From positions 256,001 to 320,000 of the forward strand of contig CAVYNY010000013.1 in NCBI GenBank assembly GCA_963769935.1: a stretch of 64,000 nucleotides of DNA, read 5' to 3'. Below the pieces are notes generated by a model. That model ran no database searches and had not been told where the DNA came from. It saw only the letters and a program-made list of their open reading frames with translations. The translations under genes were made by a program, and so were the position numbers. Numbering within the stretch: the first letter of the stretch is position 1; each line of letters starts with the position of its first letter. The stretch comes from an uncultured delta proteobacterium. GTDB taxonomy: Bacteria; Desulfobacterota; Desulfobacteria; Desulfobacterales; JAFDCJ01. Below are positions 46,833-57,109 of this stretch, piece by piece.

Positions 46833-48371
46833 CTATAGCTTTGTTTGCCGGCCTTTCCAGTAGACTTCCCGCATCACCCGTTTGAGGGTTTTGCCCGCCA
46901 CGTTCCGGGGGAATTCATCCATGAAGACCACATCATGCACGCGCTGGAATTTGGCCGCCACCCGCTCATTGATCCAACAGCGCAGTTCGTCCGGCGAAAT
47001 CTCGCCGGGGCTGCGCAGCACAACCGCCGCCAGCGGAGTTTCCCCCCATTTATCATGGGGAATGCCGAAGACGGCGGCTTCCTGCACGGCCGGATGCTGC
47101 ACGACAATTTCCTCGATGTCTCTGGGATACACATTCACTCCGCCGGAGATGATCATGTCTTTAATGCGGTCCACCAGATACAGAAAGCCGTCTTCATCGA
47201 CATACCCCATATCCCCCGAGTGCAGCCAGCCGTCTTTGACGGCCGCGGTCGTCAAATCAGGCCGTTTGTAATATCCGGACATCAGAAGCGGCCCGCGGCC
47301 GCAGATTTCGCCGACGCCGCCGGCCGGGACCTCATTGCCGCTTTCATCCAAAATTTTCATATCGGAAAACGGCGTCGGCACGCCCACCGAGTCCGGCTTG
47401 GCGGCATAATCGAATTTATCCAAAACAGTTATGAAGCCCTCGGTTAACCCGTAGAGTTCGTAAAACCTTCCGGGCAATCGTTTATTGAGCGCTTCTTTAT
47501 GCTCCTTATGCAGGGGTGCTCCTAAAGAGAGTATCATCTCCAGGGATTTCAAGGCATCGAAGGAGAAATTGGGCGCATTCAAGATTGCAATAATCTGGGC
47601 CGGCACCAAAATGACATGGGTGACCTGTTCTCTTTGAATGGTTTCGATATAGGAGACCGGTTCAAACCCGCTCAGCAATATATAGGCTGCGCCCACATAC
47701 ACGGTGGGCATCAGATCGACAAAAGCGCCGTTAAATACGATGGCACCGGCGTGCATCGTAATGCTTTCCGGCGTCATTCGATACAAAGCAGCAAAGGTGG
47801 CTGCATACATTGCCCGAATGTAGTGGGTGTGGATAATTCCTTTGGGCAGGCCGGTGGTGCCACTGCTGTACATGATGTTAAAAGGGTCGGCATCCGTGAT
47901 GGTGCTGCCTTCCGGCTCCTGATCGCCGGCGGCGGCCTTGAGGGCATGATAGTCCTGAAAGCCGGTAATGCCGGAGGCATCCGTGAGAAGGTAGCGATCT
48001 TCGGCAATGGCCGGCAGTCCGGAGCGGATAGGGTTTATCTTTTCGACAAAACCGGCATTTGTAACCAGCAGCACCGAATCTGAATCCTGCAGCAGGGTTT
48101 GCATGGCTTTTTCAAGCAGCAGCGTGCTGAGCGGCACCACTACAGCGCCGGTTTTGGCAGCCGCCCAGTATACTTCAAGCAGTTCCAGGCAATTCGGCAA
48201 AATGGTCGCGACCTTGTCGCCTTTGCGAATACCAAGGCTTGACAGCGCATTGGCCAGCCGGTTGATGCTCCGGTTAAATTCAAGCCAGGTCAACCGCTGA
48301 TCGCCGAAAACGACGGCTAATTGGTTGGATCGATAGCGCGCATGCCGCGCAAAAAGCGAACCAATGTTCAT
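46833..48371 (-). CDS. Acyl-CoA synthetase (AMP-forming ligase)
   Basis: YSSGTTGLPKG, YGLTE, GDMG..DE.G, DRIKDMIISGG.N, PRNVAGK. Confidence 0.93.
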   Translation of the reverse strand: MNIGSLFARHARYRSNQLAVVFGDQRLTWLEFNRSINRLANALSSLGIRKGDKVATILPNCLELLEVYWAAAKTGAVVVPLSTLLLEKAMQTLLQDSDSVLLVTNAGFVEKINPIRSGLPAIAEDRYLLTDASGITGFQDYHALKAAAGDQEPEGSTITDADPFNIMYSSGTTGLPKGIIHTHYIRAMYAATFAALYRMTPESITMHAGAIVFNGAFVDLMPTVYVGAAYILLSGFEPVSYIETIQREQVTHVILVPAQIIAILNAPNFSFDALKSLEMILSLGAPLHKEHKEALNKRLPGRFYELYGLTEGFITVLDKFDYAAKPDSVGVPTPFSDMKILDESGNEVPAGGVGEICGRGPLLMSGYYKRPDLTTAAVKDGWLHSGDMGYVDEDGFLYLVDRIKDMIISGGVNVYPRDIEEIVVQHPAVQEAAVFGIPHDKWGETPLAAVVLRSPGEISPDELRCWINERVAAKFQRVHDVVFMDEFPRNVAGKTLKRVMREVYWKGRQTKL

Positions 48372-48680
48372 TGTTTCCTCCGACGAAATTTCTCAAGCCG
48401 CACACATAAGGTGATCTAATACGGATGGCATCTTGCCGATCTAAATGCCTAAATTGCCTAAAATGCTCTAAAATGCCTAAAATTTAGGCATCCTATCATT
48501 CTCAATCCAACGACAATAACTACAGTTTTTTTCTTTATTTGATGTTTGTCCCCGTTTTGTCTCACCTTCTCAGCTTCTGACCTTCTCACCTTCTTTCTGC
48601 CCCCTGTCTTTACGATAGGCCCTATGCTCTATGCCCTCTGTCTTCTGACTTCTGTCTTCTGTCTTCTGTCCTTCCTGACT

Positions 48681-49538
48681 TCAATACGTCAACACAACCC
48701 CGCCATCAAACAGCAAATCGCCGCCGACCAGATACCTGGCGTGTTTCGAAAAGCCGAAAATAAAAAGATTGGCCGCTTCGATCGGCGACATCATTTCCTT
48801 GATGCGCGAGGGGCCCATCATGACATCCCGCACGACGGCCTCCTGGGTAATTCCGCGCTGCTCGGCCTGGGCCGGGATCTGGTTCAGCGCCAGAGGGGTT
48901 TTGACAAATCCAGTGCTGATCGTAAAAGAGCGGATCCGGCCTTCTCCTTCCGCCGATATGGATTGGCTCAGGGCCCTTAAACCGAATTTGGTAATGTTGT
49001 AAACCGGTTTGTTTTTGGTACATATGTGGGCGTGGATGGAAGCCATATGGCCGATAACCCCGATACCATCGCTGCTTTGCTTCATGTGGCCGATGGCTAA
49101 TTTGGAAAGATAAAACGGTGCCCGCAGCATCAGGCGCTGCATCAGGTCGTATTTTTCCATGGGGAAATTTTCCACCGAATCAATGTGCTGGATGCCGGCG
49201 ATGTTGGCCACGTACCTGATGGATCCCAGTTTGGCGGCCTCGGATACGGCGCTTTCAATATCCGCATCCTGGGTCAGGTCGGTTTGGATAAAAATCATCT
49301 GTCCGCCCAGTTCACGGGCCAGATTCCGGGTCTTTTTACCCTCCTCTTTATTGATGTCCAGGCCCACGGTCATCAGGTTATTGGCGGCGGCGGCAATGGC
49401 CGTGGCCCTGCCGATTCCGGTGCCCGCACCGGTCACTACGCACACGTTGTCATGATTAAAACTTTGGTCTTCGAGAAAAAGAATTTCTTCCCGCTGAATA
49501 TGCGGTTCTCTTGTATCTGCAGGCTTTTGGGTCGGCAT
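48681..49538 (-). CDS. 3-hydroxybutyrate dehydrogenase-like SDR
   Basis: TGAGTGIG, AGIQH, ASIH, K..Y...K, GFVKTPL..QIP, characteristic of BdhA-type SDRs; lies next to the PHA genes. Confidence 0.75.
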   Translation of the reverse strand: MPTQKPADTREPHIQREEILFLEDQSFNHDNVCVVTGAGTGIGRATAIAAAANNLMTVGLDINKEEGKKTRNLARELGGQMIFIQTDLTQDADIESAVSEAAKLGSIRYVANIAGIQHIDSVENFPMEKYDLMQRLMLRAPFYLSKLAIGHMKQSSDGIGVIGHMASIHAHICTKNKPVYNITKFGLRALSQSISAEGEGRIRSFTISTGFVKTPLALNQIPAQAEQRGITQEAVVRDVMMGPSRIKEMMSPIEAANLFIFGFSKHARYLVGGDLLFDGGVVLTY

Positions 49539-49629
49539 GGCAGAACCCCTTAAAAATGGCTTAAGTTTTTAGACGATGACAGGAATTTTTTTGGATTTGC
49601 GGAGATAGAAACAGTCTGGTGCAAACTTG

Positions 49630-49645
49630 TGCAAATATCAGACCA
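49630..49645 (-). promoter_or_regulatory. Putative sigma54 promoter for the SDR/ligase/ABC run
   Basis: Minus strand TGGTCTGATATTTGCA with GG-N10-GC spacing, ~90 bp upstream of the ATG. Confidence 0.5.
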
Positions 49646-49813
49646 TGACCTATGGAATGATTGGATTTACCCGATCGTCATAGGCGAAGTGCAGGTAACT
49701 AATGAATACAATTCATAATTTTATTTGTTTTATAAATTTTAATTTGATTTTACTTGGCAGTAAAAACAAAAAATTGTATAAAAAATCGTCTCAAAAGAGA
49801 TACATGTCACTTA

Positions 49814-50015
49814 ATGGAGACAGATAATGCCAATTTCGGACCGGCCCGTCACGGCACGATGTTGCTGGATGAAGTGGGTGATCTGCTGCTCGAAATGCAG
49901 CTCAAGCTGCTGCGGGTTATCGAAGAGAAAGAACTTGAGCGGATCGGCGATAGCCGGTCGATCCGCTCGGATTTTCGGCTGATTCCCGCCGGCAACCGGA
50001 ATCTTGAAAAAACAG
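49814..50015 (+). pseudogene. Sigma54-dependent activator AAA+ fragment
   Basis: GTMLLDEVGDL..EMQLKLLRVIEEKE.ERIG...RSDFRLI.A.NRNLE; no Walker A, GAFTGA or HTH. Confidence 0.8.
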
Positions 50016-50092
50016 CGCGGCCTAAAATCGGCCTGGAACCGGAATCCTTCCCCCCCTCTGAGAAAGTAGAAATTTTGATACACTTTGTAGGT

Positions 50093-50352
50093 ATCCGCCC
50101 CGCCGCCGGCCAGAAAAGCGGCCAATCTGATCGAAAAAGAAACATAATAGTTCACCGCAGAGCCCGCCGCCTCTGGCCCATAGGGCCTACGCCCCGGTGG
50201 GAGACCGCCGAGAAAGAAAATTTTTATTAATCTCCGCGCTCTCTGCGCTCTCAGCGGTGAGACACTTCGTAAAAATGGCATCAAATTTAAGGAAGTTTCA
50301 TATGAGCACCGCCTCTGGCCGCCAGCGTCCAGTCTGATCGGGAAAGAAACTA
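50093..50352 (+). repeat. Non-coding palindromic MITE-like element (family with 17909-18157)
   Basis: gccgccggcc..gcggccaatctgatcgaaaaagaaac; internal tcaccgcagag / ctcagcggtga stem; gtttcatatgag; second terminus ccagtctgatcgggaaagaaact. Confidence 0.65.
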
Positions 50353-50381
50353 TTATAGTGTCGTTTAATATAAGGCTGGAC

Positions 50382-50819
50382 TCATTTCGACTGCTTCTTT
50401 GGTGCCCGGGGCGGGCTCACCAGGGCTTCACCATCCACCACGGTGATATTCTCCTGATTGATGCAGTAAGTTTTGAGACGAACTTGTTTCTTGTCGGCTA
50501 TGATTTCAGCCACCTCGACGATGGCGGTGACGGTATCCCCGAATTTGACCGGTGCCCGGAAACTGACCTCCTGGCGCATGTAGACCGTTCCGGGCCCCGG
50601 CAGCATCGTACCGATGACGGTGGATATGAAGCTGGCCGACAGCATTCCGTGAACGATGCGGGTTTTAAAAAAAGTATCTTTGGCATACGCCTCATTGACA
50701 TGCGCCGGATTGAGGTCGCCGGTTACCCCGGCAAATAAATAGACATCGGACTCGGAAACCGTTTTGGAAAATTTGGCCGTGTCGCCCACCTGCAGTTCTT
50801 CAATTGTTTTTCCATTCAT
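50382..50819 (-). CDS. MaoC-family (R)-specific enoyl-CoA hydratase (PhaJ-like)
   Basis: FAGVTGDLNPAH, RIVHGML, LPGPG..Y..Q..F.APV..GD. Confidence 0.85.
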   Translation of the reverse strand: MNGKTIEELQVGDTAKFSKTVSESDVYLFAGVTGDLNPAHVNEAYAKDTFFKTRIVHGMLSASFISTVIGTMLPGPGTVYMRQEVSFRAPVKFGDTVTAIVEVAEIIADKKQVRLKTYCINQENITVVDGEALVSPPRAPKKQSK

Positions 50820-50852
50820 CATCGATCCTCCTTGTCGAAAACCATAGCTTGA

Positions 50853-50896
50853 GTAAAGAATCCTGGCCCACAGAACCAGGTTTTCAATGTTGGAAT
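50853..50896 (+). repeat. 44-bp dispersed repeat, copy 2
   Basis: 41/44 identical to 7150-7193. Confidence 0.85.
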
Positions 50897-51072
50897 GAAA
50901 TTGCGTTTTAAATGCCCACCGCGGCTGAGAACCTTCACCGTCAAAAATTCATACAGTCTTTTGCCGTCCTTTGTCAAATACCTGAATCGGGTCGGTTGAT
51001 TATTTCCGCGGCATTTAATTTTTTGATTTGATTTCATAACGTTAAATTAGTCATCCCTTATTTAATGCGGCA

Positions 51073-51088
51073 TGGCATCTTTCTTGCT
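51073..51088 (+). promoter_or_regulatory. Putative sigma54 promoter of phaZ
   Basis: TGGCATCTTTCTTGCT, near-consensus -24/-12. Confidence 0.7.
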
Positions 51089-51198
51089 ATTTCTTACCGT
51101 CCAATGGAGATGCTTTTTTCGGCCGGATAGTTGACAGGCCGACTTTTCGTTTCATTGAACTTAACCATTCAATAAAGCAAGGAGTATGAATTAAAGAC

Positions 51199-52641
51199 AT
51201 GCCGGATTCCTTAATGACATTGTTTCCCTTTGTGCTCAACAGTCTTGAAGCCATGAAGATGCCGCTTCAGGCCTCCCTGGCATTCAATCAGGCCCAAATG
51301 CAATCGCTGGCCGCAAGCGTCGACATGTATAAAAACACCCAGGACCTGACTCTGAACTGGGCGCGCCGATATTCGCGCCTTTTGCCCACCGGATACCTTC
51401 AAAACGGCGACAAACTGCTGAAGCTTTATCAGGAGGGGGAGGCATCGCTGCTGGATTTGTGTAAAGAAAATATATTAAACCACCTGAGCCGATTTCAACA
51501 AAAACGTGCGGGCGAGCTGGAGTTTCTCAAGTTGTTCACCGATCAATGCAGCCGTCAGGAATGGCACGTCGAATACGACCCTTCGAAAATTCTGCTCGAC
51601 TTGCCCGGTCTGCGGGTGATCGACATTTCGGCGGATGTGCGGCATCGCATCTTAAACTATGGGGTTGTTTTTGCCCCGCGCGCCGGCCACCACTCCAACA
51701 TAGCCGAGCGGGTCGCTCTTTTCCTGCGTGATCAGGGACTGACCCGCATGGTGGTGGTGGAACAAAAATGCGCCGCCGACATCCCGCTTTATGTCGATGG
51801 TCAACGCCATCGGGAGGATTTTGAGGGTCAGGTCGACCAGTATCGGCAGGTGCTGGAACTCCTGAAACAGCGCACCGGACATTCACCCCATTTGATCGCC
51901 ATCTGTCAACCCGGACCCCTGCTGCTGAGCACCCTGATTTTATATCCGGAACTGGGCCGCACCTTCGGATCGGCCGGCTCCCCCATGCATACCGAAGCCG
52001 AAAAAGGATTCTTGACAGAATTTGCCCGTGCGGCCGGTGAAGCCTATATTGACCGGATGATTGCCCTTTTCGGCCACACCATCGGCGAGGATTATCCCGG
52101 TGCCGGACGGTTGACATACGATGGCCGGCTGCAGGTGCTGGGTTTTTATTTGATGGGCTGGGATCAACATTTCAAGAACTTCAAAGATCTTCTGAATGAC
52201 ATGAAAAAGGGAGACAGGGAAGCCGCCCGGCGTCAAAAAGCATTTTATCAGTGGTACAACACGGTGCATCACTTTCCGGCGGGCTTTATCCGCGACACTT
52301 ACAAAAAAATATTTGTCCAAAACGCCCTGATCCGCGGTCACCTCGAAATCGGCGGCCAAAAAGTGGATATTGCCGATTATCCGGTTCAGACTCCCATCTG
52401 GGCCTTGGGCGGCACGACGGACCCTATTGCTCCGCCCCTGCAGGCGGTCGGCCACATGGATTTGATGCCGGCCATGGCTCAGCAAAACCGCCTGCGTCTT
52501 TTATGCGACGCCGGCCACATGGGACTCTTCCGCTCCCAACGCATTTTAAAACAGTACTACCGCCGGATAGCAGATTTTCTCATTGACTCACAGCGACTAT
52601 GCCAACCGGGAGTTTATGTACTAAAAGGCACGAAGCATTGA
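51199..52641 (+). CDS. phaZ: Intracellular PHB depolymerase-like protein
   Basis: APRAGH, HLIAICQPG (Cys nucleophile as in intracellular PhaZ), AGSPM, Y.G.LQ..GF, GHMGLF. Confidence 0.7.
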   Translation: MPDSLMTLFPFVLNSLEAMKMPLQASLAFNQAQMQSLAASVDMYKNTQDLTLNWARRYSRLLPTGYLQNGDKLLKLYQEGEASLLDLCKENILNHLSRFQQKRAGELEFLKLFTDQCSRQEWHVEYDPSKILLDLPGLRVIDISADVRHRILNYGVVFAPRAGHHSNIAERVALFLRDQGLTRMVVVEQKCAADIPLYVDGQRHREDFEGQVDQYRQVLELLKQRTGHSPHLIAICQPGPLLLSTLILYPELGRTFGSAGSPMHTEAEKGFLTEFARAAGEAYIDRMIALFGHTIGEDYPGAGRLTYDGRLQVLGFYLMGWDQHFKNFKDLLNDMKKGDREAARRQKAFYQWYNTVHHFPAGFIRDTYKKIFVQNALIRGHLEIGGQKVDIADYPVQTPIWALGGTTDPIAPPLQAVGHMDLMPAMAQQNRLRLLCDAGHMGLFRSQRILKQYYRRIADFLIDSQRLCQPGVYVLKGTKH

Positions 52642-52817
52642 ATATTGAAAATTGAAGATTGAATATTTATGGATTTCAGTCGGTTTAAATTTGAATATTC
52701 TAAATTCTTATCCGCCCTCCTTATTGGTGCATTAGGATTTATTACTCTGGTTTTTTTTGCTTAGCATGCAAAATTAAATCGATAGGATACCGCAAATATT
52801 CAATTTCAATATTCAAT
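52637..52817. repeat. 7-bp-unit (attgaat/attgaag) inverted repeat between convergent phaZ and phaR
   Basis: attgaatattgaaaattgaagattgaatattt ... aaatattcaatttcaatattcaat. Confidence 0.75.
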
Positions 52818-53280
52818 CTTCATTCTCCTTAGTTGGCGGTTTCGATTCGCCGAATTGATCGAAAAACGCCTGAAAGGGATTGAGTCGGGTCAATGACTGC
52901 TGCGCCATTCCCGAAAGATCCATCCCCACTTCCAGCCATTTTTTAAATTGCTCATCAGCCTTGCTTTTATACGACACGTAGGATTTGATGGTCTGTTCGA
53001 GGTAATTCTCAAAAAATTCATGCAGCACATTCTCGCCGTATCAAATAATCATGTGCAGTAGGGGCACTGGCAACAAGGCATTATTATTTTTAGCCTCTTC
53101 CAAAATGATCTGCGTCAGGACAAAGGCCGTCACATCCTCTTTGGTCTTGGCGTCAATCGCTTGGATCGTTTTACCCTGCCGGATGATGTCGGCCACTTCG
53201 CTCAGGGTCACATAGGCGCTTTTTTGGGTGTCATACAGGCGCCGGTTGGCATATTTTTTCAGCACGATCCTGTCATTCAT
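52813..53280 (-). CDS. phaR: PHA synthesis repressor PhaR with in-frame TGA at 53041-53043
   Basis: LKKYANRRLYDT..S.YVTL, D.KT.EDVT...L.QII; frame continues LHMII*YGENVLHEFF. Confidence 0.85.
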
Positions 53281-53446
53281 ATCAATCCCCGGAATCCTTT
53301 CATTTTATGGTCCAACTGCAACAAAAACAATATTTTCAAATTATCAAATAAAAATTTTCGGATTGCTATATATAAAATTTATATTAATTATAGTGTATTA
53401 TAACTATCCTCTATTTGAAAAGCAACACATAACCATGAAAATATTA

Positions 53447-53497
53447 TTTTGTGCAATGCAAAAATTTTATTGACAAGGTTTAAAAACCGTTTATATT
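53447..53497 (+). promoter_or_regulatory. Sigma70-like promoter with adjacent TGC-rich near-palindrome (candidate PhaR site)
   Basis: ttttgtgcaatgcaaaaa upstream of TTGACA (53470) and TATATT (53492). Confidence 0.5.
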
Positions 53498-53592
53498 AAT
53501 CGCAAGGTCGGATGCAACAAAATTCGATTGGGAGGAAGTACTCATAACATGTTCGCAGAAACAATTGCAAAACAAATGATGGGAGGTAAAAA

Positions 53593-53865
53593 ATGATGGA
53601 ACCGAATGTATTGCTAAAACAAATGTTGGATTTTAACAAAACCGCCTTCGACAACAGCTTTAGTGCGATGTTGATGATTCAGGAGCAAAATGCCAAAATG
53701 GTAAACACCTTTCTGGAGCAGGCCGCCTGGATGCCCGAAGAAGGCAAAAAACTCATCCGGAACTGGGTTGATGTTTACAAAAAGGGATGTGAAGACTTCA
53801 AGAAAGCCGCCAATGAAAATTATAAAAAGGTGGATGAATTTTTCGCAGGCCAAAAGTCCGAATAA
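53593..53865 (+). CDS. Phasin-like small helical protein
   Basis: 90 aa, amphipathic helical pattern; divergent from phaR; RBS ggaggt. Confidence 0.6.
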   Translation: MMEPNVLLKQMLDFNKTAFDNSFSAMLMIQEQNAKMVNTFLEQAAWMPEEGKKLIRNWVDVYKKGCEDFKKAANENYKKVDEFFAGQKSE

Positions 53866-53906
53866 TCCATGATGACGGCACACGGGATGACGAAAGGGAA
53901 TGGGAT

Positions 53907-55525
53907 ATGAATGCACATATTGACGATACGACCGGTAAAATTTTGGCGCGATCTTCCGGAATACCAGCGCCAGATGCTTCAACTCGCCGCAGCACAAATG
54001 CGAACCGGTGTGGTCATACGGCAGCGCTCTTGTCAAGTATCACCATGAATTCATGCAGCCCTTCTGGATCGCACTGGACGCGTTCTTAACCACGGAAAAA
54101 GAAAAACTCCTGCGTCATCCTCCTGCCGATAGTATGCGGGACTATTTTGAGCTTTTGCAGTTCAACCTTCAGGTGGCCGAGAAGGGATTCCATAGCGGTC
54201 TGAACGCCATGCTGGACTACCACGGCGCCAGGACCAATAAAGCCATGCAGGCATGGCTGAATACCATCTTCAAGCGTGAAGGAGAGACGATTGTCGATTT
54301 TACCGAAAATGAGGCCCGGTTGCTGGAGACCCTCCTTTACGACTATCCTGAAAGCCATTCGCGCCATAAAACCCGAATACGGCTTCCACTTCGATAACGG
54401 CGGCTACGTCAAAGCCGGCGAAACGGACCGCTTTCTGGTATATCAGGTGTTGCCGACCAACCACGAGGGTGTCAGAGAGAACGGCAAACCGGTTCTCATC
54501 GTGCCGCCTTATGTTCTGGGGGCCAACATCCTGGCATTTTTACCCGGGGAAAACAAAAGCTATGTGCATGCCTATGCCAATCAGGGGATCCCCACCTACA
54601 TTCGCATTCTCAAAGATATCGCTGCGACGCCGGCCGTGCAAACCCTCACCGGAGAACAGGATGCGCTGGATACCCGCACATTTTGTGAGATCATTAAAAA
54701 AAGGCACGGGCAACCCGTCACCCTGAACGGCTTCTGCCAGGGGGGATTTGTAGCTATGACCGGCCTGCTGTCCGGCGAACTGGACGACCTGGTGGATGCC
54801 TTGATTACCTGCGTGGCGCCCATGGACGGCACCCGCAGCAAAGCCCTGGTGGAGTACATGCAGCACCTTCCGCCGCGTTTCAAAGACCTGGGCTATGCCG
54901 TCAAACCATTGCCCAACGGCAACCGCGTCGTGGACGGCAAGGTTATGAGCTGGGTTTACAAGCTGAAAAGCATGGAAAATGAAGCGCCGTTGTATACCCT
55001 GTATCGAGACTTGAAAATGTTTCGACAACGCGGTACCGCGGACCGGCCAAAATCAGCAAAACGGCGGCCGCCATCAACAATTGGTTAATTTATGACCGCA
55101 ATGACCTGCCCGAAGCGATAACCAAAATGAGTTTCGATTCCTATACCATCCCGGTGGATCGCCAAGGCAACCTGCCCTTCAAGCTGTTCGACCGCAGCCT
55201 GAATTTCAAGCGTCTGCAGGAAAAAAACATCCCGTTTCTCATTTGCTATGGTGAAAAAGACGACCTGGTGGATAAGGAAGCCGCCTTGGCGCCGCTGGAT
55301 TACATCCCGGCCGAAGTTACCTGTTTTCCCAAAGGCCACGGCGCAATTGCCACCTCCTGGTCGCAGCCTGATTCCGCCTGTGCCCTGCACACCCGATTCG
55401 GCGACAACTACCGCGGTCCGGTCCGCTTTCATTTGGACCTTGAGAACGGTATCAGCGCGAAACCGATCCAGGATGACATATCTTTGATTTCACACCAAAG
55501 TGAGTGGTGTTTGCCGATCGGATAG
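53907..55525 (+). CDS. PhaC-like alpha/beta-fold protein (second synthase-like gene), several frameshifts
   Basis: Joined ORFs 54008-54397, 54276-55088 and 55127-55525 give PVLIVPPYV, LNGFCQGG (Cys), YGEKDDLV (Asp), KGHGAI (His). Confidence 0.6.
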
Positions 55526-55563
55526 ACCCCATGGAATAATGGAATGTTGGGAATCAAAAGCCG

Positions 55564-56040
55564 ATGGACAGACAATTCTTAGAATTCTGGGGCAATTACC
55601 TGCTGGCGGCTGCCAGAGGACAAAAGCAGCTGGAGGATCTGAATCAATGGATTCGGCCAGGGATTCAGCGGATTTGAAGAATTGACCGCCATGTTCAAAA
55701 AGTTTTACGGCCTCGAGCAGCCCCGCACTGAAGACTCGGATACAACGCAAGGCGTGGCAGAATGCGGCGGCCGACTTTCGCAACTCCTTCAATGCCTATT
55801 TGAATCTGATGGGTCTGGTCCCAAAAGACAAATACCGGGCGCTGGAACAAAAGTGTACCACGCTGCAAAAAAAAGTCGCTGAACAGGAGGATACCATCAA
55901 GGTCGCTGAGAAAACTGCTGGCCGAGGAGGGCACCTATCAGGGCGAGACCGTCAAGGTTTTTCAGGATCTGGTGAAAAAGCAGGCGGACGCATTTGAGGC
56001 GTTAATGAAAAGTATAGCGCCAGCGGCTAAAGAAGAATAG
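55564..56040 (+). CDS. Small coiled-coil hypothetical protein (~155-160 aa), frameshifted
   Basis: MDRQFLEFWGNYLL... to ...LNLMGLVPKDKYRALEQKCTTLQKKV...KVFQDLVKKQADAFEALMKS* reconstructed across frames. Confidence 0.55.
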
Positions 56041-56062
56041 TGAACTTTTCTCCCCCGTCCAA

Positions 56063-57109
56063 TCAAAACCACGAGCGATGGCTCCAGATATCGTCTTTTA
56101 GCTCTTTCATGTCATCCTGCAGCGCCAGATACATTGAAGCATTCTGGATCGCCAGGCCGCCGGTTTGGGCCAAGGCGTTGACCAGCAGGATGATATCTTC
56201 AGGATAGCTGCGTTTGACGGCACTGCAAAGCCGCATGATTCCGATGACCTCCTCCTTGACCTTGATGGGAACCACCAGCATGGAAGCAATACCCTCCCGC
56301 ATGACCTCATCCCGGTATTGGATTCGCTCATCATTGGCGACATCATCGATGATGACCGTCTCGCCTTGCATGGCCTTGGTGACGGACTTTTCGGCCGACA
56401 GCGGGCCCTTGTTTAAAAATTCTTCGCTCAAGCCGTGGCTGGCCACCAGCTGCAGATTGCCGGTCTCCTTATTCAGGAGACGGATGACGACCCCTTGCAT
56501 GCCCAAGGCTTCGCTGAGGTCCACTGTCAGGTTGTGAAAGATCTTCTTAACATCCAGGGAAGAGTTGATGTTGGAGGCCAGGTCCAAAAAGAGCATGGAG
56601 TTTTTCTGAATACGCTCCAGCAGACGGGCCCTTTGGATGGCCATACCGCCTTGTTCGGCCAGGGCGGTTAAAAATTCGATTTCATCGGTGGAAAAATCTC
56701 GTACGTCGGCAGTGTATAACGCCAGCACGCCGATCACCTTGTCTCTGACCATCACCGGCACATCCAATATGGAGGCAATGCCATCGGCTTTCTTGGCTGC
56801 ATGGTTTTCAACGCGCGGATCAGAGGTTGCATCACGAATGGCAAGATAGCCGCCTTTTAAGACGGCCAGTACGATGGCTTTGGCCCGCAGGGGTTTGGCG
56901 TGCAGGTAGTCGTCCGAAAGTCCCTTTTGCGCCGTCGGAACGAAAACATCTCGTTTTTCATCAGCCAGAAACAGGCAGGCTGCTTTGGCATTCATCGTTT
57001 CAATGGCGCTTTCTACAATCAGATCCAGAATCTTTTCCTTGGAAAGTGTTGATCCGAAGGCTTTGCTCACCTTGCAGAATGTTCTGAAATAATCCTTCTC
57101 TTTTGTCAT
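56063..57109 (-). CDS. Tandem GAF-domain protein without output domain
   Basis: Two repeats of GLS..(Y/F)L..D...D.R...GIAS.L.VP..IG.L.L. Confidence 0.85.
   Translation of the reverse strand: MTKEKDYFRTFCKVSKAFGSTLSKEKILDLIVESAIETMNAKAACLFLADEKRDVFVPTAQKGLSDDYLHAKPLRAKAIVLAVLKGGYLAIRDATSDPRVENHAAKKADGIASILDVPVMVRDKVIGVLALYTADVRDFSTDEIEFLTALAEQGGMAIQRARLLERIQKNSMLFLDLASNINSSLDVKKIFHNLTVDLSEALGMQGVVIRLLNKETGNLQLVASHGLSEEFLNKGPLSAEKSVTKAMQGETVIIDDVANDERIQYRDEVMREGIASMLVVPIKVKEEVIGIMRLCSAVKRSYPEDIILLVNALAQTGGLAIQNASMYLALQDDMKELKDDIWSHRSWF

Noticed and set aside
48546..48980. 144-aa plus-strand ORF with hydrophobic N-terminus
   Set aside because: Derived from pyrimidine-rich repeats and the antisense of the SDR gene
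49754..50284. 158-aa and 157-aa ORFs as full genes
   Set aside because: Only ~65 codons match an activator; the remainder reads through the palindromic element
53041..53043. Selenocysteine recoding of the phaR TGA
   Set aside because: Not a Cys/redox position in PhaR and no convincing SECIS-like hairpin seen downstream
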